Assembly (NCBI GenBank): GCA_965644315.1
Contig: CBFFRQ010000080.1
Location: forward strand, 186,001 to 250,000
Length of the DNA stretch: 64,000 bases
Direction: 5' to 3'
DNA from: Caecitellus pseudoparvulus
Lineage: Eukaryota; Protista; Bigyra: Bicosoecida
Shown here: piece by piece, positions 33,848 to 45,710 of the stretch
How positions within the stretch are numbered: position 1 is the stretch's first letter
How the letters are laid out: every line of letters begins with the position of its first letter
The notes under the pieces: model-generated
Seen by the model: the letters and a program-made list of their open reading frames with translations, nothing else
What the model was told of the DNA's origin: nothing
Database searches by the model: none
Program-made: the position numbers and the translations under genes

Positions 33848-35350
33848 TCAGCCATGCTCTCCCTTGTGCAGCAAGGGCGTGGACAGCGCGGTGGCGGCTG
33901 CTTCCTCTGCGCCGTAGCCCCCCTGGGGTCGGGCCACCAGTTCTGTAGAATCAGAATCCGAGTTTGACTGTGTGCGTGCTTTGCCCGGAGAGATGAATGC
34001 GTCTCCAGTCTTGTGCCCTTGGTGGTATTCCATGCGCGCCACTGCTGCCTCGGCAGCCCCAGCGACCCCGCTTCCCAGTATCGTGGACGTGACCCCCCAC
34101 GCAGGTCTCCGTGTGGGTGTATGGGACGACCGCCCGCGAAGGGTGGGGGCTGCACTGACTAGAATGGCCAGCTCCTCCTCAGGAAACGGCTGCGAGTTGG
34201 ATGCCATGACCGTTTCAAAGGGGAAGGGGAACGGCTCGGACTTGCGCGCCCACGAGAACAGCCACGTGGCAGCATAAGGGACCAAAGACATCACGAACCA
34301 ATTCAAGGTGATGGCTTGCAAGTACCCAAGCGCGACATGCTGTGCATCCGACTCCATGTCAGCTATCGGCTTCGAGGAAGAAGAGCCGCTGCTGAGAAGA
34401 CGCGCAACCAAGAAGGCGGCACCCACGAGGACGAGAAGCAAGCCAACCATCGTGCGGAGGCAGATGGACAGCAGGTTGAACGTTAAGCAAGCCAAGATGC
34501 TCTGCCACATGCCCTGCTGTCCCCTGCACTCTCCACAACTACGCGAGTGCAGGGCCGGGGACATGTTGGACGGAGCCCCGTTCTTTCCCTTCAACGGCCA
34601 GTCAAGCCACGGTCGCAGGCAGGGGCGCCTCATGACGGAGAAGCACACCGACAGAGATGCGGTCAGAATTGACACCTGTGGCCAGCGCGCTTGTGGTTCT
34701 GTACGGCAGAGCTGACGCTGGCCGCTGCTCGCAACGCACCATGGTACTGGAGATAAACGTGACGGCCAAGAGGGCATAGTTGTGCTCCTGGAGGAAACGA
34801 AAGATGAAAAGCCCTTCTAGCCTGTGCACTGACTGGCACTCCGCAGACATGGCATCGCTGCGCGTGGGGGGGAGACTGGTCAGGCAAGTGGCTGCGTCGC
34901 AACGCTGCTGCTACGCACTGAGCGGGAACGGCGCTGCTATTGCCCGGGTGCCGTGGGGCTCCATGACAATAATCTTGCACATAGCCATACACTCTCACTG
35001 CGTTGGTTGCCACTGCTAGAGCTGCGCGGGAAGGCAAAATATTGGCACCCTGGGGTAGTTGGCGGTGCGGGCATCTCCGGCGCACCTGCCAAGGTTGACA
35101 GGAGCTGAAACAAGCCCTCCACGCGCCGCTCAAAAGAGTTGATGGGGTGAAGACGATGTGCACAAAAGATCATGAGAATTGGGTGCGAGTTCCGCGCGGA
35201 AAGCGACCACTGCAGCAAAAGGCTGCGGAGGCAAGGCCAGAAGCCAGCTGGGCCAGGCTCCCAGAAAACTCGGTCCTCCAAGATGCCCTCTCGGACCATC
35301 CCAGGCCGCGTGCGAGCACGGTAGTCACTGCACACAGAGTTGTTCATGCT
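33848..35350 (-). CDS. Hypothetical multi-pass membrane protein (exon structure and start uncertain)
   Basis: Hydrophobic segments spread over ORFs 34937-35413, 34602-34850 and 33848-34777 (HPILMIFCAHRLHPINSFERR, NYALLAVTFISSTM, LLSICLRTMVGLLLVLVGAAFLVARLL, YLQAITLNWFVMSLVPYAATWLFSW), joined by plausible GT-AG introns. Confidence 0.45.
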
Positions 35351-35824
35351 CCCCGCCTGCCACAAACGTGGTGTGCCTGGCCTTGTTCTCTGCAGGTCCT
35401 CTCCCACGATCACCGGGCGTGGTGAGCTTGGTCAGGCGCAGCAAGTCTGCTCCAACAGCACGCAGGCAGCGTGCGAAGTTCACCACTGATACCAGAAGAG
35501 AGCAAGTTTGACCAAGCACGATGTACTCCCAGCGCTGATGGTTGTGAAGCGGAATTTTGTGTGGCCACCAAGGCATCGAAGCTGGGTGCCCAAGTGGGGG
35601 CACTCGTGCCGGTTGAAACGCATGCCGTGCGTCGCAGGTCGCGTGCTGGGTCAAACCTCACTGGCTGACTGCACATCCCAGTCACCACGTCCAAGCCGAG
35701 CGCAGTCCAGGCGCTGTGCAGAGCCGCCTGGCGACGCAGGCCATTTGGACTGGCGGTGTGCAAGGTGCACGTGCGGAATTTGGCCAGCATCCACGGCTCC
35801 TTGAAGGCTGGGCTCTGAGCCACC

Positions 35825-38800
35825 ATGGCCGCCCATGCGGGAGATGAGAGGTTCTGGTTCCCAGACAAGGAATCTTGTTGGGCCATGGGGCACTTGAGGT
35901 CCATTGACGACGCCACAGGGAAGGCTGTCATCATCAGTGTGGACACCGGCATTGCCAACACCATCCCCTTCGACAAGTGCCACCCAGTGGATGCCTCTCA
36001 CTTGGAAGACCAAGATGACGTCAGTGAGTAGTGAAGTATGCAGGGCATTCCGCCCATGCCGGCAGGCGTGCCCGCTGCGGGTTCTCTGCCTCGACGGCAA
36101 GCACGGCGCAACTTCACCTGCAGTGCCGCTGTGGCACCTTGCAGCGGCTTGCCCCGCCAGACTGCTGCGGCCTTCCACGCTGCGCTGACCGCCGGTACAT
36201 TTTCCGCCCCGCTCTCCCAGGCACCATCAACAACCTTCATGAAGCCCCATTGCTGCGGCTGCTGGAGAGGAGGTGCGGCAGGCGTGCGTTTTTTCTCCGT
36301 GAGGTGGCACCCACGCCTTGCATGTGCCTCCCGCCTCAGGTACCTTGAGGACAAGATTTACACTTGGACAGGGAACATTCTCATTTCCATCAATCCCTAC
36401 TACATGATTGAGGGGTTGTACAGCATCCCTCCTCCCACAGAAGGTGAGGAGTGCCGTGCTGCAAGCTCAGGCACTGGCCTGGACACGCTCGCCCGATGCA
36501 CCCACACGCCCTCCCTGCTCTGCGACAGACCTGCACGACTTTGTGAACTTCCGCAAGCCCCACGTGTTTGCCGTCGCGGATCACGCGTACCGGTGCATGC
36601 TGGACTCCAAGGGCGCCGCACACACCAACCAAGCCATGATCGTGTCAGGGGAGAGTGGCGCTGGAAAGACCGAGGCAGCCAAGCAGGTGATGAAGTACCT
36701 GACTGCTCTGTCAGGGAGGTACATGGCCCAAGTCAGCAAGAAGGCTGGCACCAGCGCGCCCACTGGCAGCATTGAAGTGAAGGTGCTCAAGTCCAACCCC
36801 TTCTTGGAAGCCTTTGGCAATGCCAAGACCTTGCGCAACAACAACTCCTCCCGCTTCGGAAAGTTCCTGAAGATCCAGTACATCGACGGCGGCATCGTGG
36901 GCGCCACCATGGAGCACTACCTGCTGGAGAAGGCCCGCGTGGTGAAGCCGCTGGATGGCGAGCGCAACTTCCACATTTTCTACCAGCTCGCCCTCGCCTG
37001 CCCTGACGAGTTGCGAGCAGACTTCCAGCTGCAAGACCCCAGCAAGTATGACTACTTGACGCACGGCGGGTGCGTGTCCGTGGACAACATGGACGACGTC
37101 GCGGAGTTCGGGGATGTCGTGGATGGCCTGTCTGCGGTGGGCATCGACTCCGCCTTGCAAGCCAGCATGTGGCGTGTCGTGGCTGCCGTCATGCACCTGG
37201 GTAATGTCCGGTTCAAGGATGTTCCGACGAAGGACTCCGACAACAAGTCCCAGATCAAGAACCCAGACGTCGCAGAGGTGGCGGCAGAGCTGTTCGGGGC
37301 CATGGACTTGCCGCGTCGCCTGGTGACGCAGAAGATGAAGGTGGGTGTGGAGGTAGTGCAGCGCCACCAAGACGCCCGCAAGGCCAAGAACAGCCGCAAT
37401 GCCGTGGCCAAGCACGTGTACGACAAGATGTTCACGTGGCTCATTTCCCGTGTCAACTCTGTGCTGGCCAACCCCGAGGGCACCCGCAACTTCATCGGCA
37501 TCCTGGACATCTTCGGCTTCGAGATCTTCAAGGTGAACTCCTTCGAGCAGCTGTGCATCAACTTTGCGAACGAGAAGCTGCAGTCGTTGTTTAACACGCA
37601 CATTTTTACCCTTGAGCAGGAGACGTACCGCCTGGAGGGCATCGACGTCACCTCCATCAAGTTCCGCAACAATCAGCCATGCGTGGAGCTCATAGAAGCT
37701 GGCGCCAAGCACAAGAAGTACCCGCCAGGCATCCTCACTCTGCTGGATGACGTCTGCCGCGGCGGCCAGCAGGGCATGACGGACGAGAAGTTCTTGAACA
37801 ATGTCACGCGGGCCCACTCGGGCAAGAATGAGTACTTCGTCAGCGCCAAGATCAAGTCTGCAGACAAGTTCGCTGTCAAGCACTTTGCCGGCAAGGTGAC
37901 CTACACCGTCAAGAACTTCATTGGCAAGAACAACGACAAGCTGAACGACGACCTGACCGAGCTGCTCATGGAGTCCAAGGTGTCGTTCGTTCGGACTCTG
38001 TTCTCAGACGGCTTCTCGGCAGGGGAGGGCGCCATGTCCACTGCCGGCCAAGCAGCGGCGACTCCCCCCTCTTCCCCCCGCAAGAAAGCCACGGGGGCGC
38101 CCACTATTGGCGGCCGCTTCAAGCGCCAGCTGAAGCACCTCTACGACACGCTGCTGCACACCAACCCACACTACATCCGCACCATCAAGCCCAACGAAGT
38201 CAAGAAGCCTCACGTCTTCGACTCGCCCAAGATCTTGGAGCAGTTGCTGTACTCGGGGGTCCTCGAGACAGTGCGCATTCGCAGGGAAGGGTACCCCTTC
38301 CGGGAGCCATACATCGACTTTTGGCGCCGGGCCACGCGGTGTGGCCAAGCGCGCGGGTACATACACATGGTGCCCGAGTGTGCCTCCGTACCCCTGCCCC
38401 CCCTCCCCAAGCTGGAAGAGCGGGGGGATGGCACTATGGTGGACACCAGCATCACGCCTGCAGTCTCCGAAGCTGCCCGGCGCGGCACGGCGGTGCTCCT
38501 GAAGGGCTTGTTGGCGGATGACGAGTGGGCGCCAGGGCACACCAAGATCTTCATGAAGGATGGCTGCTTGGACCGCATCCACAAGAAGTTCCGCGCTCTG
38601 GTCATGAACGACATCATGAACTTTGTCAAGCGGCGTGTGCGGTGGATGCGCATGCGGTATGCAAGGGCCAACCGACTGCGACGCCGCATCTGCGTGCGGC
38701 ACTTGGTGCGGCGGTACCGCGCGTGGCAGTTGAAGAAGAAGTACATGGCCAGTATCAAGTATGTGACGAAGCTGCAGGCGCACATCAAGGGGCGGCACAC

Positions 38801-41753
38801 CAGGGCTTGGTTCGTGAAGCACAAGCGGGACCGCATCACGGCAGCCACCAAGATCCAGGCCACGTTCCGCATGTTCAGCGTGAACAAGTCCTCCATCCGC
38901 GGCAAGTGGGCCCTGCGCAAGGTCCAGGCGGCCTGGCGTGCCAAGCTGGCGCAGCGTGAGCACAGCAAGCGCCTCGCCCAGATCCTCAAGGTGCAGTGCA
39001 TCGCACGGGCGTACATTGCGCGCAAGCGCGTGCGCAAGGTGCTGGACTCACGGCAAGAGGCGGCTGTCAAGCTGCAGGCATTCATGCGGGCTCGCCAGCA
39101 ACGCGCCAAGTTCGTCGTCTTCCGTGCCCAGGTGTTCACGAGCGCCTCCAAGAAGGTGCAAGCCCTGGCACGGGGCTTCATCGCCCGGCGGCGCCTGGCC
39201 AAGCAGCACGCCGCTGCGACGCGCATCCAGGCCACCATCAAGGCTCGCCAGGCCAAGGTGTCCTACAGCGCGAACCTGGCTGCCAGCAAGGCCATCAACC
39301 GGTGGATCATCGGGAACTACCGCAGGTGGGCGCTGCGAGAGTGGATCGCGGAGACATTTGCCTGCGCCTCAAACGGGTATGCCGAGGATGTCGCGGAGCT
39401 CCTGGCCCGAACGCAGGACATGTACCGGTGGCTGCGGGACATCCCCCAGCACGACTTGGCACGCTTGCGAGACCCAGATGACGGCTTCAAGTCCCTCATG
39501 CATGCCTCTGCCCTTAGTGGGGACTTGGAAACCACTCGTTTGCTGGTGCAGGTGGGTTGCTCAGTTGAGGTGGCCGATGTGACTGGGTGCACGCCCTTGC
39601 ACAAGGCTGCTGCCATCGGGGACTCTCACCTGCCTGTCGTGCAGTACATGGTCAACTTGCTCCCACAAACGCCAGATGACGCAGCACACGCACGGGTTAC
39701 GTCACTGTCGGCTCGGTACGTGGTGGCAGAGGGTGTGCCAGGTGCTCCTGCGTCGTCTGCAGACGTCGAGCGGGCATGGGGCAAGCCGTACGCCACCCGG
39801 CAGCTGTGTTTCGTGAACTTGCCGTCAGCAGCGGGGGAGACTGCCCTGGACTGTGCCGTGGCCATCCAGCGTTCCCGTGGCCGCCGTGAGCACGACGACA
39901 CCATTCACTACCTGCTGTCCGTGGGCGGCATCTCCCACATCATGGGCTCTCGGGATGCTGTCCTGGGCTTGCTGCAAGGCCTGCAGTCCGACGCTGCTGT
40001 GGCTGCTGCTGCAGCTGCACGTGAGCGCGAGCTCCTGGAGCGTCGCCGCCTGGAACGCGAGCACAACCCGCATTACCAGTTCCTGCTGGTGCAGGAGCAA
40101 GCCCGCAAGTCCACCGCTGAGAAGGCCAAACTGGCCGCTGCCAAGAAGAGCCGGGAGGAGGCACAAGCCCGCATTGCCCAACGAGATGCCGCCTTGGCGC
40201 CGTCCACGAGCGCAGTGTCCGCTGCCCCACGTTCAGGGTCCACCAGCAGCTCGCGTGCTGGTGATGGGAAGGCGCCAGCGCAAGCCTCCCGAGCTGCCTC
40301 TGCCGCCGGCCCGTCTTCATCCCCCAAGGCTGGTGGCTCGTCCTTGGCCTCCCCGTCCCGTGTCGCATCATCCCCCAACGCATTCAGTGCAGGTGGTGTC
40401 TCCTTCACGTTCCCCGCCGAGGAGACAGCTGGCTCTGCTCCACCTGGCTCTGGCGGCTCGCCTGCCCCAGCCCAGTCCAGCCAGGCACAGGCCAGTGCAT
40501 CCCCAGCTGTGCGGGGAGCAGGCGGCCCAGGGCGCTCCGTCGCTGCCTCCCCTGCAGCTGCCACGGCTGAGTTCATGCAGTCTCTTGCCGCCTCCGGGAC
40601 AGCAGCTGGCAGCACCCTGGCGCCCGACCCGTACAGCACTGGGCCCAGCACCACTGCCAGCGAGGCAGCCCGTGGTCTGGGTGGCGTTGCATCCTTCAGC
40701 GGCAGCAGTTCCCCAGACACGGTGTCCCTGACGCTGAAGGCAGATGAGGCTGCTGCCTTGCAGCGCACAGCTGCGCAACACGGCGTGGCCCTCAATCCCG
40801 CCGCAGCACAGCTGCTGAGCCACTCAGCAGGCACCACCAGCACCTCGCCACGTATGGGTCGGTCTGGCAGGTCTGGCAGCCGGGAGAGCAAGGCCTCTGC
40901 GGAGGCGGAGGGCAGTCCCAGCGGCCATGCCCTGGCGCGAGGCAGCAAGCCGTCTCCGCTGGGCGAAGGCCACAGTGACTCAGAAGCCACTGCTGAAGAC
41001 ATTCGGTCCCACCGGTCGGTGTCGGCGTGGGCACTGCCAGGCAGTAGCTCGGCAAGCAAGCCTGCAGCGGAGCCTGCAGCGCTGCAAGTCCCACAGCCCT
41101 CTGCCAACCCCTCGTGGAGCGTGCACCAGTCCAACTCAACCGGCTTGCTGTACTTCCACAACGCATCCACTGGGTCCACGCAGTGGACGGAGCCCGAAGG
41201 CTTCGACGCGCAGTATGAGCCGTGGATGCTGGAGGTGTTGCGCAAGACTGACGTGCCGTTTACGCTGGCCATGCAGCGCGATGGGGGCCTGCTGGAGGGG
41301 GGTGGCGTGGACTTGGCTGCTTCTGAGGGCAAGCCAGCGACATCCCCGGCAGCCGAGCTGGCCAGCACGTATGGTGTGAAGGGGTCCAGTGGCGCAGCAC
41401 CCGGTGCGCTGGCAGGGGATGCAGCGATTGCCGCGGCTGACGCCGAAGACGGGCCCCCTTCCCGCTGGGAGGTGTACGAGACAGATGACGGCATCCCATA
41501 CTTCTACGACAAGCTGACTGACTCGACGACTTGGGACAAGCCGTCTTGTCTGGCTGCCCGCGAGGGCAGCAGCACCAGCAAGAGCGCCGAGGAAGACTCT
41601 CCGTCTCCTAGCGCCAGTGACGCGGGAGCCGAGCCCATGGATGGCAAGAAGGGCGGCGGCGGCTGGACCAGCTACGTTGATGATGAAGGGTATGTGTACT
41701 ACCACAATGAGCGCACAGGCGTGACGCAGTGGGACAAACCCGCCGCGTTTTAG
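35825..41753 (+). CDS. Unconventional myosin: motor, multiple IQ motifs, ankyrin repeats, low-complexity linker, three C-terminal WW domains; 3 introns at the 5' end
   Basis: N-terminal exons INNLHEAPLL and IYTWTGNILISINPY. P-loop GESGAGKT, LEAFGNAKTLRNNNSSRFGK, switch-2 DIFGFE, HYIRTIKPN. About 8-9 IQ-like repeats. Ankyrin: GCTPLHKAA, GETALDCA. WW: WSVHQS..YFHN..TQWTEP, WEVYET..YFYD..TTWDKP, WTSYVD..YYHN..TQWDKP. Confidence 0.95.
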
Positions 41754-41858
41754 GCGTGGCGTCTCCGCCGCTGCAAGGTCAGCCCCTGGCCACATCGTTT
41801 TCATTTGTTTTCTTTCAATCGACTCGAACCTGGGCCTTGCGCACCCTTCGCACACACA

Positions 41859-42980
41859 ATGGCATACGTTTGCTCGCACCATCTGCTTTCCGTGTGGCGG
41901 CGCCTGTTCAAGGCAAACGGGGTGGACGAGCCAGCCGCCTCTGCTCGGTGAGCAGGCTGCGGTATTTGGTTTGTGCCCACGCCACGCCCACCCCGTGCTG
42001 AGGCGCACTCTCGCAGGATCTTGCTGGAAGCGGCCGTGAACATTAATCACACAGCTGGTCATTCCATTCCGGACCGAATCCACGAGGCAGAAGTGTCCCG
42101 CTTCTACGCCTTGGCACGCCGGCGTCTGCAGCATGAGCCGCTGCAGAACCTGGTGGGCTGCTGGCCATTCCGCCAGCTCCCAGACTTGCTCATGGTGCCC
42201 CCAAATCTAGTGCCCCGACCCGAGACAGAGACACTTGTGGACTTGGCTGTGGACGCCTTGAAAGCTGCTCCAACGCCCTGGCTACTGGAGGTAGGCTGCG
42301 GCTCCGGTGCCGCGAGCCTGGCGGTGCTCGACGAGCTGCAAGCTGGGGGGAGCTCCACGACAGCTGCCACAGCCATAGTCGCAGACATCAGCCCATCTGC
42401 TATTGCAGCAACGGTTGCCAATGCTGTGAAGCTCAGCAACCCCGTGTACTGGGTGGATGCCACCCACCCCGACGCGGCGGTCGATGCAAGCGCCTGGCTT
42501 GCCGATTCGCTATCCCCTTCCGGACGGCTGCTGGCTGTGCTGGGGGACGTGATGGCACCGCACGTGCAGAGCTTGCTTGGGACACTGCTTGCGCTCTGCC
42601 CGGTGCCATGTGTCTGGGGGGCTCCAGTCGTGGTGAGCAACCCTCCCTACATCAGCGCAGCAGAGCTGGCTGACATGCACGCCACAGTCACCCAGCATGA
42701 AGACTTGAGGGCACTGCTGGGGGATCCACTTGGCCGAACTTGCGGAGACGGGCTGTCCTTTACCTTGGACCTGCTCAGGCAGGTCTTACCCAGTGTCGGC
42801 CAGGCCGCGCGACGTGGGCAGCCAAGCCAGGGTTTAACCCCGTCCTGCGCGGTGCTGGAGCTTGGCGGGCCAAACCAAGTGCAAGCTCTGGTAAGCGGTG
42901 GTGAGTGGAGTGTTGCGAGCACCCACATGGACCTGGCAGGCATCCAGCGCTTCGCGCAAGTGAGGCAGGACCGCTGTTGA
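41859..42980 (+). CDS. HEMK1: HemK/PrmC-family release-factor glutamine N5-methyltransferase (likely mitochondrial), 1 intron
   Basis: RRRLQHEPLQNLVG, LVPRPETETLV, SAM motif LEVGCGSGA, ADISPSA, VSNPPYI, HEDLRAL..DGL, DLAGIQRF. Exon 1 MAYVCSHHLLSVWRRLFKANGVDEPAASAR. Confidence 0.88.
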
Positions 42981-43034
42981 GGCTGGAGCAAGTCGCCGGT
43001 TTCGGCAGGGGTGCATTGCTTGGGAGCAGGCGCA

Positions 43035-45263
43035 TCAGCCAGTGGCGACCAGGTGGTTCACGTACGCCCGCACCAGCTCGTTGATTTCCTTGCCCTGCTC
43101 GGAGGCAAAGTACAGCTTATCCTGCTTGATGAGGTTCCCCACATGCAGCACGAAGGAAGAGCCCGAGTGCCCCCAGGTCGGCACTTCAGCGTACGGGTAG
43201 TCCTTAATGATCTCCTTTGTGTCGGGGTTGATGATGAGGATGCCCTTGGGGTTGACGGCGAGGAACACTTCGTCAGGCAGGTCCACGGACATCTGCGGCT
43301 CGCAGAAGAAGAAGGAAGAGCCGTAGATCTGCCATGCCTTGACGATTGCCATGTACCGCGAACGAGCTTGCGCGTTGGTGTTGCCGGCCAAAGCGGCATG
43401 CTCGGCCTTGATGCGGGAGATGTAGTCGGCCGTCTTTGCAGCATCCAGGTATTTGGTGGGCAGGAAGCGCACCAACGTCTCGCGGGTGAGGTCGAAGCCT
43501 GCGTCGCCATACTCCACCTGCATCTGAATGGCAGCCAGCTTCAACACATCTTCCTCAGCACATGGGTACCTGCTGGATACAACATCGTACACCGCCTGGC
43601 GGTACATCATCTCCTCGGCATACACATCCTTGGAGTCGGGCTCGAAGTACACGTGCACCTTGTACACAATGCGGTACATGGATGTGACGTTGGTGCCCTT
43701 GTCCTTGGCTTGCTTCTCCTCCTCATACAGGCGCTGCCAATACGCCACCAGGTCCAGGATGCGCTCATCCTTCTCCAGGTACCGCTCCTCCATGTCCGGC
43801 GTCAGCTCATACACCGCGAAGGCATCAGGCTTCTCGATGCCCAGCTGGAAAGCCATCATCTTGTTCAAGTCCTCGGCAGTGGTCCACGACGTCACGGGCA
43901 TGACTTCGTACTCGCCAGTCAGCTGGAAGACACGCACAACCGATGGCTTCATGCTCTTGCAGGCGTCGATCTCCATGGACGTGGGGATCTCACGGCGTGG
44001 TCCGAGCTGGGTGCTCTTCATGACACGGCCCAGGCAGTACCGTGCATAGCGGCCGATCATGCCATCGTCGTCCATGTGCTCGGCAAAGTAAGATGTCAGG
44101 TAGTCGTGGAACTCGGCAGAAGGCGGGAATGCACCTGTTGCGACTGCGAACAGCTGCCATCCGCGCAGGCAGGACTCAGCGTTGGGGTTCTTGTTGGTCT
44201 GCTTCATGATTTGGCAGTACACTTCGTCACGCAGCTCCTGTGGCGCGTGCAGAGAGTTCTTCATCAGCTTCTCTGCGTGCCCACCGTCCTCCTTCTGAGT
44301 CTTGCGGTCGCCCATGTACCCGGTGATGTTGCGGAAGCACTGCGTCGCCTGCGTCTCCAGGTCCTTGCCGGGCATCTTGCGCAGGGAGGTCTTGATGACG
44401 TCTGCCTTCCATGCTGTGATCTTGTCCACAGTGGTCTTCTTGCCGAAGATGCCCTTGCGGTTCAGGTTGAAGTAGTCAGCAGCGTAGTCCTCAAAGTTCT
44501 TCGTGGGGTGGTCAGACCGCTCGCCGACGGGCACCTTCATGAAGTCCAGCAGGGTGCGGGAGAGCGCCTCCGCCTCGGCCGCTCGAGCTGCCAGGTCAGA
44601 CGCCTCGGAGGCGTCCTTGCGTGCCTGCCGCCGCGCGGTTGCCTCAGCCTTCTTGCGGGCGCCGAAGTCAGCGAACTTCTTCAGCTTGCTGAACTTCTCT
44701 GCGTCCCCACCTGCAGTCAGGTTCTTGCGTGCAGTGAGCTTGGCATGGGACAGCACCTTGATCCAGCGCAGCTTCACGCCAGCGGACAACTTCCCAGTGC
44801 CGCCAGCGCCAGTGTCGGCGCCCGCCTCGGGGTCAACCCAGCCAGCGGGTTGCTCCCAGCTGCTCTCCCCAGTTTCGTTGTTGTACCAGTAGGGGTGCCC
44901 TGAATCCTCGTCGACACCCTTCACCCACGGTGAGGCGCCGGTTGTCGTGGCTCCTGCCACCTGAGTTGCCTTGAGCTCCTCAGGGTACTCCCACTGGGTC
45001 TCGCCAGCTGTGACGGCGGAGCGCAAAGCACATCTGCGGGCTGCTTCGTGCGGAGCTGCACAAAAAATGTACGCACTCTTTGTGTTTGCATAGTATGTGT
45101 GGCCAGAGCTCTCGTCGACGGCCTCAACCTGTACAGCGGCAGTGTTGCACGGTGCAGCGCACACCAACCCGCCAACGCCAAGCCAGCGCAGAGCGTGGAG
45201 AACCGGTGTCCCACGCGGGACTCAACGTACCCAATCACCGCCGATCGGCGTTGCATCAGACAT
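43035..45263 (-). CDS. Motor-less WW-WW-MyTH4-FERM protein, 2 introns
   Basis: Spliced MSDATPIGGDW/VEAVDESSGHTYYANTKT/GETQWEYP (WW1) and PWVKGVDEDSGHPYWYNNETGESSWEQP (WW2). MyTH4: FRNITGYMGDR..ELRDEVYCQIMKQTNKNP..RGWQLF..FPPS. FERM: YRQAVYDVVSSRYP..KLAAIQMQVEYGD..WQIYGSSFF..LAVNPKGI. Confidence 0.92.
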
Positions 45264-45710
45264 TCTGAGCGACTTGCTGCGCAGGGCAGGGCTGGGGTTG
45301 TGCAGGGGCCGGCGCTTCGTCGAGCCGACAGGGTACAACAAGCTGCACTCACGAATGGAGTGCTGAGCGACAACAGGGTGGTCAGCCAATGTATCTGTGC
45401 AGCTAGCTGCGCTCACAGACTGCATTTATTTTCCGGTTCAGGTTTTAGCTTGGCTGCGTGCTGTCGCTGGCACCTCCCTGCAAGCATGTCCGGGGGGGGG
45501 GTGCATGCTCGCACAGCGACATGGAGTTTGAAGAGCGAGGGAAATCCTCCCCGACATGCTGTGCGAGAGCAAAATTCCTGGCACGTGGGGTCTAGCAGAC
45601 CAATATATGACGCCCTTATCAAGTTATTTCTCTCCATCCTCCTCTGTGGCGTGTCTGGTAGCGCAGCTGACTTGTGTGCGTTTCACCCACGTTTTACCAA
45701 GCCCAACTCC

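Noticed and set aside
45048-45710. N-terminal 220 aa of the 729-aa JmjC ORF
   Set aside because: It overlaps the first exons and promoter of the opposite-strand MyTH4-FERM gene and begins at a non-ATG codon. ATG 45711 gives a sensible signal peptide.
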